A stretch of DNA of 14,025 nucleotides from Octopus sinensis (taxonomy: Eukaryota): the NCBI RefSeq assembly GCF_006345805.1, contig NW_021825947.1, positions 1 through 14,025 of the forward strand, in the 5' to 3' direction. A program made the position numbers and the translations under genes. Below, one piece after another: positions 9,342 through 14,025 of this stretch (the stretch's first letter is position 1; every line of letters begins with the position of its first letter). The notes under the pieces were generated by a model. That model searched no databases. It was not told where the DNA came from and saw only the letters and a list, made by a program, of their open reading frames with translations.

Positions 9342-9344
<3 letters not shown>
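9177..9344 (+). mobile_element. Short non-autonomous hammerhead-containing element within (TA)n, relative of 2726-2903
   Basis: About 168-bp insert with (TA)n on both sides, a pyrimidine-rich leader, a hammerhead fold at 9220-9255, and a 3' segment homologous to the 2726-2903 element. Confidence 0.7.
9220..9255 (+). ncRNA. Minimal type-I hammerhead ribozyme-like motif, degenerate core
   Basis: CUUU-CUGUAGA-A-GAGC(GUAG)GCUC-GAAA-UGU-A-AAAG. Stem I is CUUU/AAAG, stem II is GAGC/GCUC, and the putative cleavage triplet is GUA. A6 is changed to U and the stem-III palindrome ACGU to AUGU. Confidence 0.65.
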
Positions 9345-9384
<40 letters not shown>

Positions 9385-9397
9385 TTATATACACGCA

Positions 9398-9723
9398 CAT
9401 AAGTGGCACTCTGTCGGTTACGACAGTAAGCGTTCCAGTTGATCCGTTCAACTAAACAGCCTACTCGTCAAAATATCGTGCAAGTGGCTGAGCACTCCAC
9501 AGACACGCGTACCCTTAGCGTAAGTCTCAAGGTGATTCATCGTGATACAGACTGTGACAATGCTGGCCCTTTGAAACACAAGGACGACTAATTTTTTGCC
9601 ACCCGACTGGAGTAACGTGAGATAAAGTGCTTTGCTCCAGGATACAACCTCATTGTCGGAAATTGAACTCCTGACAATACTATCGTGAGCCAAATATCCT
9701 AACGATTAAGCCACGTGCCTTCA
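9398..9723 (-). mobile_element. tRNA-derived SINE, family A, near full length
   Basis: Minus-strand head GAAGGCACGTGGCTTAATCGTTAGG...GGAGTTCAATTTCC (box A/box B-like); the following body is shared with the copy at 1-183. Confidence 0.8.
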
Positions 9724-9804
9724 ATTTATATGGGGTACTCAGCCACGTTGATTTCCCGAGCAGAGTGTTCCACTGATCGGGTCAACTTGGATATATATAT
9801 ATAT

Positions 9805-10200
9805 AAAAGGGCAAGCAACAGGTTGCTTAGCCACATACCGAAAAATTAGAAATAGCAGTCAAAGACCACTTATTTCTATTTTCTACAAGTATAAATCCAC
9901 ATACAACATATACATGTGACTCACATATGTAAAACAGAAGGAAAAAATAACGAAAACAAAGTCTTTGGTTAGTTACGGACGCGTTTCTGGATTAGAATTA
10001 TAAATCAATTCATTTCCTTCTTCGGCGCAACATGCCGTTAAATAGATTTTGCAAATGCTATACATACTTCCAGCTTCCCGAACTAGCGTCATCGGAGATA
10101 GTATGAGATAGCCAACATAGGCCAAATCCATATAGACGAATGGATTCGTACTTTCCCTTCAAAATTTTACTATGTGCATCACAAAAATAGTTCCTTAGAA
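9805..10200 (-). mobile_element. Hammerhead-containing element (Penelope-like 3'/pLTR region); 5' boundary uncertain
   Basis: Contains the hammerhead at 9972-10031, and about 165 nt downstream the minus strand ends in (TA)7 at 9791-9804. The boundary near 10200 is a guess. Confidence 0.5.
9972..10031 (-). ncRNA. Type-I hammerhead ribozyme-like motif, best preserved of the three
   Basis: Minus strand GUUGCG-CCGAAGA-A-GGAAAUGAAUUGAUUUAUAAUUCUAAUCC-A-GAAA-CGCG-UC-CGUAAC. It has a 6-bp stem I (GUUGCG/CGUAAC), a stem II of GGA/UCC plus GAAUUG/UAAUUC, and the GAAACGCGUC palindromic stem III with GUC site typical of Penelope-associated hammerheads. The core has U4>C. Confidence 0.75.
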
Positions 10201-10344
10201 ATAGAACTATGGTTTGTCATAAGGGAGTGAAAAATTCCATTATTAATAATATAAGGGTAAATAATTATTAATTTTAATTGAACAAAGAAGGAAATTATAG
10301 AAAAAATGAATAGGCTGGGAGGGTTAGAAATTGTGATATGGCGG

Positions 10345-10516
10345 GGTGCAGTCGACTGCATCGACCCCAGTGATAAGCTGATACTTATTTCATCGACCAC
10401 GGTAAGATGAAAGCCGAAGTCAACCATGGTGACATTTGAACTCAAAACGTGTAGACAGATGAAACGTTGTCAAGCCTTTTGTTCGGCATGTTAACGAAAT
10501 CTGACAATTCGCCGCT
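10345..10516 (-). mobile_element. SINE family B, diverged
   Basis: Minus strand GCGGCGAATTGTCAGA...GAGTTCAAATG...GCTTTCATC...GGTCGATGAAATAAGTATCAG...GGGGTCGATGCAGTCGAC. Confidence 0.8.
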
Positions 10517-10570
10517 TTTACTCAAGGTATTAGACCGTTCAGTAACTACATAATTTTTCATATAGGGATT

Positions 10571-10680
10571 GTGGCTATGTGGTAAGTAGCTTGCTTACCA
10601 ACCATATGGTTCCGGGTTCAGTCCCACTGCGTGGCACCTTGGACAAGTGTCTTCTACTATAGCCTCGCACCAACCAAAGT
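10571..10680 (+). mobile_element. SINE family C, 5' fragment
   Basis: GTGGCTATGTGGTAAGTAGCTTGCTTACCAACC...GGTTCAGTCCC...CTTCTACTATAGCCTC; closely matches 12283-12390. Confidence 0.9.
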
Positions 10681-10682
10681 AA

Positions 10683-10908
10683 TAATACTTTCTACTAAAG
10701 GCACAGTGTCTGGCATTTTTGAGGAGTGAGCAGGGTGATTAATTTTTTTTGAGGAGTGAGCAGGGTGATTAATTTTTTTTTTATTTTATCGACCCCACGA
10801 AAATGAAAAGTAAAAACTACTTTTGTGAAATTTGAACTCAGAATGTAAAGACAGACGAAATGCTGCTACGCATTTAGCCCGGCGTACCAACAATTCTGCC
10901 ACCTCACC
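10683..10908 (-). mobile_element. SINE family B with an internal 30-bp tandem duplication
   Basis: Minus head GGTGAGGTGGCAGAATTG...GAGTTCAAATTTC...GGGGTCGATAAAATAA and tail TGTGCCTTTAGTAGAAAGTATTATT; 10721-10750 is identical to 10751-10780. Confidence 0.8.
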
Positions 10909-10916
10909 ATTCTCCA

Positions 10917-11279
10917 TGTAAATATTGCATTGAAAACCCCTTGCTGGGGCTGCCTGCTGGAGCCTAGCAGCAGGTATTTAAAGGGAAAAGTTTGACAAGT
11001 CAGTCAGTCACCGGCTGACACTCGCTGACGGTACATCGAAGAGACCAGGGAACAGAAGAAAGAAGAAAGAAGACATGCACCCAACACCAGAGCTGAAGAC
11101 ACCTCCGAAAGTGAGGGAGGGGCTCCACATAAAAACGGTAGAGGAGTAGGAGCCGAAACCGGACGTGGTTCCTCCTGATGATGTCTTGAGCTAACTGGAT
11201 CATATAAAGGAGCTGTTGTGGTAGCAGACCACGAAACACGGTTGTAATTCCTCCTATATCAAAAATAAAAATAAAAACA
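10917..11279 (+). other. GC-richer island of unknown repeat type (LTR- or pLTR-like)
   Basis: TGT...ACA possible termini, hairpins CCCC/GGGG (10937-10949) and CCTGCTG/CAGCAGG (10953-10974), TATA-like TATTTAAAG (10975-10983), and AATAAA near the end. No TSD. Confidence 0.3.
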
Positions 11280-11297
11280 GAAAAGCCGAGAGCTGCA

Positions 11298-11364
11298 GAT
11301 TGGATTCGAATCTACATCTACCTGTACGCATGAATGGCGTTCTACCATTGGACCAAAGCGATCC
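11298..11364 (-). pseudogene. tRNA-derived fragment (tRNA pseudogene or SINE head)
   Basis: Minus strand GGATCGCTTTGGTCCAATGGTAG...GATTCGAATCC has box A TGGTCCAATGG (11345-11355) and box B-like GATTCGAATCC (11302-11312); the acceptor stem is not closed. Confidence 0.55.
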
Positions 11365-11709
11365 TTCAGAGAAAAGTAATAATGAAATAGTATTATCGAG
11401 TCAGTGTAGAACACTATTACAGATATTTTATATTCTCTTGCATAGAGAAATAGCAATGAGATGATTGTACTTATATAACAATTATAGTGCATATCTGCGT
11501 GACCTGCTATGAAGAAATAAATGAATTGAAAATTCAAAGTCGCGCTTTTAAAATTAATTATCCACATACTTAGAAATTCACTAAGCTTCGTTTTATCTTC
11601 ACACTACACTAGTCTTTCTGATGCCAATCATCCTAAATTGAATGTCAGCGTCCATAATGCTTTGGGTCAAAATGAAATCTCATACGTTTCATTATACATG
11701 AATACATAT

Positions 11710-11808
11710 GCACACGTACATGCACACACACACACACAGATGCACACGTAAATATATATGTCTATATATACATACATATATATACATATATGTACGTATG
11801 TATGTATG

Positions 11809-11877
<69 letters not shown>

Positions 11878-11884
11878 TATATAG

Positions 11885-11941
<57 letters not shown>

Positions 11942-11990
11942 CAGACAGAGTGAGAGAGAGAGTGTGTGTGTCTGTCGATGTGTGTGTGGG
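11710..11990. repeat. Compound (CA)/(TA)n/(GA)n/(GACA)/(GT) microsatellite
   Basis: Directly visible. Confidence 0.95.
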
Positions 11991-12282
11991 CATATAGGTA
12001 TGTATGAGAGGTTGTAGCTGTTTCTGGCAGTTGAGTGAAAAATATTTGAAATGATATAAAGCGTTATAGATGATACTAAACAGTAGCTAAAATGTACAGA
12101 ATTATATTATGCTAAACATGAAACCTTTAGATACGACATATCATCATTGAAAGATTATAAGAAAAATATTTCCACACACGCAAGCACATTTTCTTAAATG
12201 TGTGTGTGTGCGTTGGTGTATGTATTTTGTATGTCTGTATATGTATATGGGTGTACGTACATACATACGTACATACATACAT

Positions 12283-12682
12283 GTGGCTACGTGGTAAGAA
12301 GCTTGCTTACCAACCTCATGGTTCCGGGTTCAGTCCCATTGTTTGACATCTTGGGCAAAGTCTTCTACTATAGCCTCAGGCCGACCAAAGCCTTGTGAGT
12401 GGATTTAGTAGACGGAAACTAAAAGAAGCCCGTCGTACATATATATGTGTATATGTATATCGCTGTGTGTGCGTTCGTGTCTGTGTTTGTCCTTCCACCA
12501 TCACATGACAACTGATGTTTACGTCCCCGTAACCTAGCGGTTCAGCAAAAGAAACCGATAGAATAAGTATTAAGCTTACAAAAAATAAATCTTAAGGTTG
12601 ATTTTTTTCTAAATCCCTTTAAGGTAGTGCTCCAGTATGGTCGCAGTCAAATAACTAGAAGAATGAAAATAATAAAAGAATA
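12283..12682 (+). mobile_element. SINE family C, near full length (head, internal TA/TG tract, 3' body and tail)
   Basis: Head GTGGCTACGTGGTAAGAAGC, box B-like GGTTCAGTCCC (12327-12337), shared body to GCCCGTCGTA (about 12436), then a further 3' portion ending GTGCTCCAGTATGGTCGCAGTCAAATAACT...AATAAAAGAATA. The 3' extent is inferred from recall of similar octopus elements. Confidence 0.8.
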
Positions 12683-12820
12683 CATACATACATACATACA
12701 TACAAACATACATACACATCATACGTATGTATGCATGCATGTATGTATGTAAATACGTACATATAGATACATAACTGCGGGTAATTTTTTCAAATGCTTA
12801 CAGAAAATTTAATAAGTTGT

Positions 12821-12880
<60 letters not shown>
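12683..12880. repeat. (CATA)n>(TATG)n tract (12683-12770) and (TA)n tract (12823-12880)
   Basis: Directly visible. Confidence 0.95.
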
Positions 12881-12881
<1 letters not shown>

Positions 12882-12883
<2 letters not shown>

Positions 12884-13118
12884 TTGTGAGTGTTTATTGA
12901 GCGAAACACCTAAAAGCTCCACGAAACTCCGGCAGGGGTTGGTGGCGATCCCTGCTGTACTCTTTCGCCATAAATTTCTCTCACTCTTTCTTCTGTTGGC
13001 CTGCTCGCTTAGCCAGCGGTGTGGCGTCATTTCTAGGCTAAAACAATGCGAAGCGCATTGTGACCGGCGTTGTGTAACAACATCTGATAGCATGGTCAGT
13101 CACGGTGATCACGGTGAT
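12882..13118. mobile_element. Unclassified GC-richer interspersed element between (TA)n tracts
   Basis: Sharp compositional boundaries with (TA)n on both sides; internal hairpin ACAATGCG-AAG-CGCATTGT (13043-13061); terminal tandem CACGGTGAT x2 (13101-13118). Confidence 0.5.
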
Positions 13119-13377
13119 AATATATATATATATATGCATATATGGGCACGGACGTCACGAAACGTGTACAACAGAAAAGTACGAAGCACGAGTACATGGA
13201 GCACGAACTATTCTTTCGAACAACGAAAGGCACAAATGGAAAACAAAACAAACAACATAAAGAACGACCGTCCATCAGTTGTTGGCTTTTTTTCTACTCT
13301 CGTATTTCGAGCATTTAACAACAACATACGCTTTCGATAAAACAGTTGCTCCCTCAAAACTAACTAAATAAAATTTG

Positions 13378-13527
13378 GGGGCAGAATCGTTGGCACGTCG
13401 GACAAAACTCCTTGCTTTATTTCGTCCGTCTGTACGTTATGAGTCCAAATTCCGCTAAGGTCGACTTTGCTTTTCATCTTATCAGAGGTCGATGAAATAA
13501 GTACCAGTTAAACACTGGGGGTCGATA
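13378..13527 (+). mobile_element. SINE family B, 3' truncated into (TA)n
   Basis: GGCAGAATCGTTGGCACG...GAGTCCAAATTCCGC...GTCGACTTTGCTTTTCATC...GGTCGATGAAATAAGTACCAGTT...GGGGGTCGATAT. Confidence 0.85.
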
Positions 13528-13749
13528 TATGTATATATATATATATATGTGTGTGTGTAGATAGAGAGAGAGGGGAGGACAGACAGAGAGACAGACAGAC
13601 AGAAAATACATATATATGATATATATGTATGTATACCTATATTCATATACATCTATCACATACATAGATGTGTGCGAATAGAATAATTGCACGTGAGTTG
13701 TACAATTCGTTGTCTGTTATAACGAAGGCCATGTTTGTCTAACATCCAG

Positions 13750-13872
13750 GTTTCGTCTTCCCTTAGCAACGAAAGTCAACGAAAAACCGCGGCGAAGTGT
13801 CAATGTGGGCGATTCACTAAATAGAAAACCCGCTTCGCCAACGAAGGAGGTGTTAGCAAACAGAGGATACTG
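13750..13872 (+). CDS. Possible internal exon of an unidentified host gene (weak)
   Basis: CATCCAG|G...TACTG|GTAAAG splice signals enclose a 123-nt phase 2-2 open frame, (R)FRLPLATKVNEKPRRSVNVGDSLNRKPASPTKEVLANRGY. No homology recognised. Confidence 0.2.
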
Positions 13873-14025
13873 GTAAAGATGGTAGAAGGTAGCAGGTGGT
13901 AATGGATGGTATGGGAGAGGTGGTTGAGGGCAATGAAGGGAATCTACTGTATAATTATCAGTTTCTGAATAGATTTACATCTAACAAGTTTATACAAAAG
14001 AGTGAATTCATTAAGAGATGTGTAA

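Noticed and set aside
10060-10115. CCGAUGA plus hairpin on the minus strand as a further hammerhead
   Set aside because: There is no GAAA/NUH at the required positions; the topology cannot be completed.
10917-11279. Solo LTR call from TGT...ACA ends
   Set aside because: The flanks CTCCA and GAAAA are not a target-site duplication; kept only as an unclassified island.
13145-13375. CUGAUGG (minus strand) and GAAACGUG (plus strand) in a TA-flanked segment
   Set aside because: The two half-motifs are on opposite strands and no hammerhead fold closes; probably an unclassified repeat.

Overview
AT-rich, repeat-saturated eukaryotic DNA, intronic or intergenic. By eye a fifth to a quarter is microsatellite, and nearly every ORF in the supplied track is a translation of simple repeats. 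No host protein-coding gene can be called with confidence. The tRNA-derived SINE families and microsatellite density resemble octopod cephalopod (Octopus) genomes; this assignment is from recall and was not searched. Recognisable content: about ten copies of three tRNA-derived SINE families, two decayed pieces of an R4/Dong-clade non-LTR retrotransposon abutting (TAA)n tracts, a DINE-1/HINE-like element, a MITE-like fold-back, and a 40-bp palindrome built from a tRNA-like head. The most interesting signal is three short non-coding elements that end in (TA)n and each carry a minimal type-I hammerhead ribozyme fold of the Penelope/retrozyme kind. Two of them are diverged relatives with a compensatory stem-I change, and all three have altered catalytic cores. 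Also flagged: a possible frameshifted fossil ORF at about 1330-1800 (-), a tandem hammerhead-like module in a GC-richer island at about 11.0-11.3 kb, and weak exon candidates.
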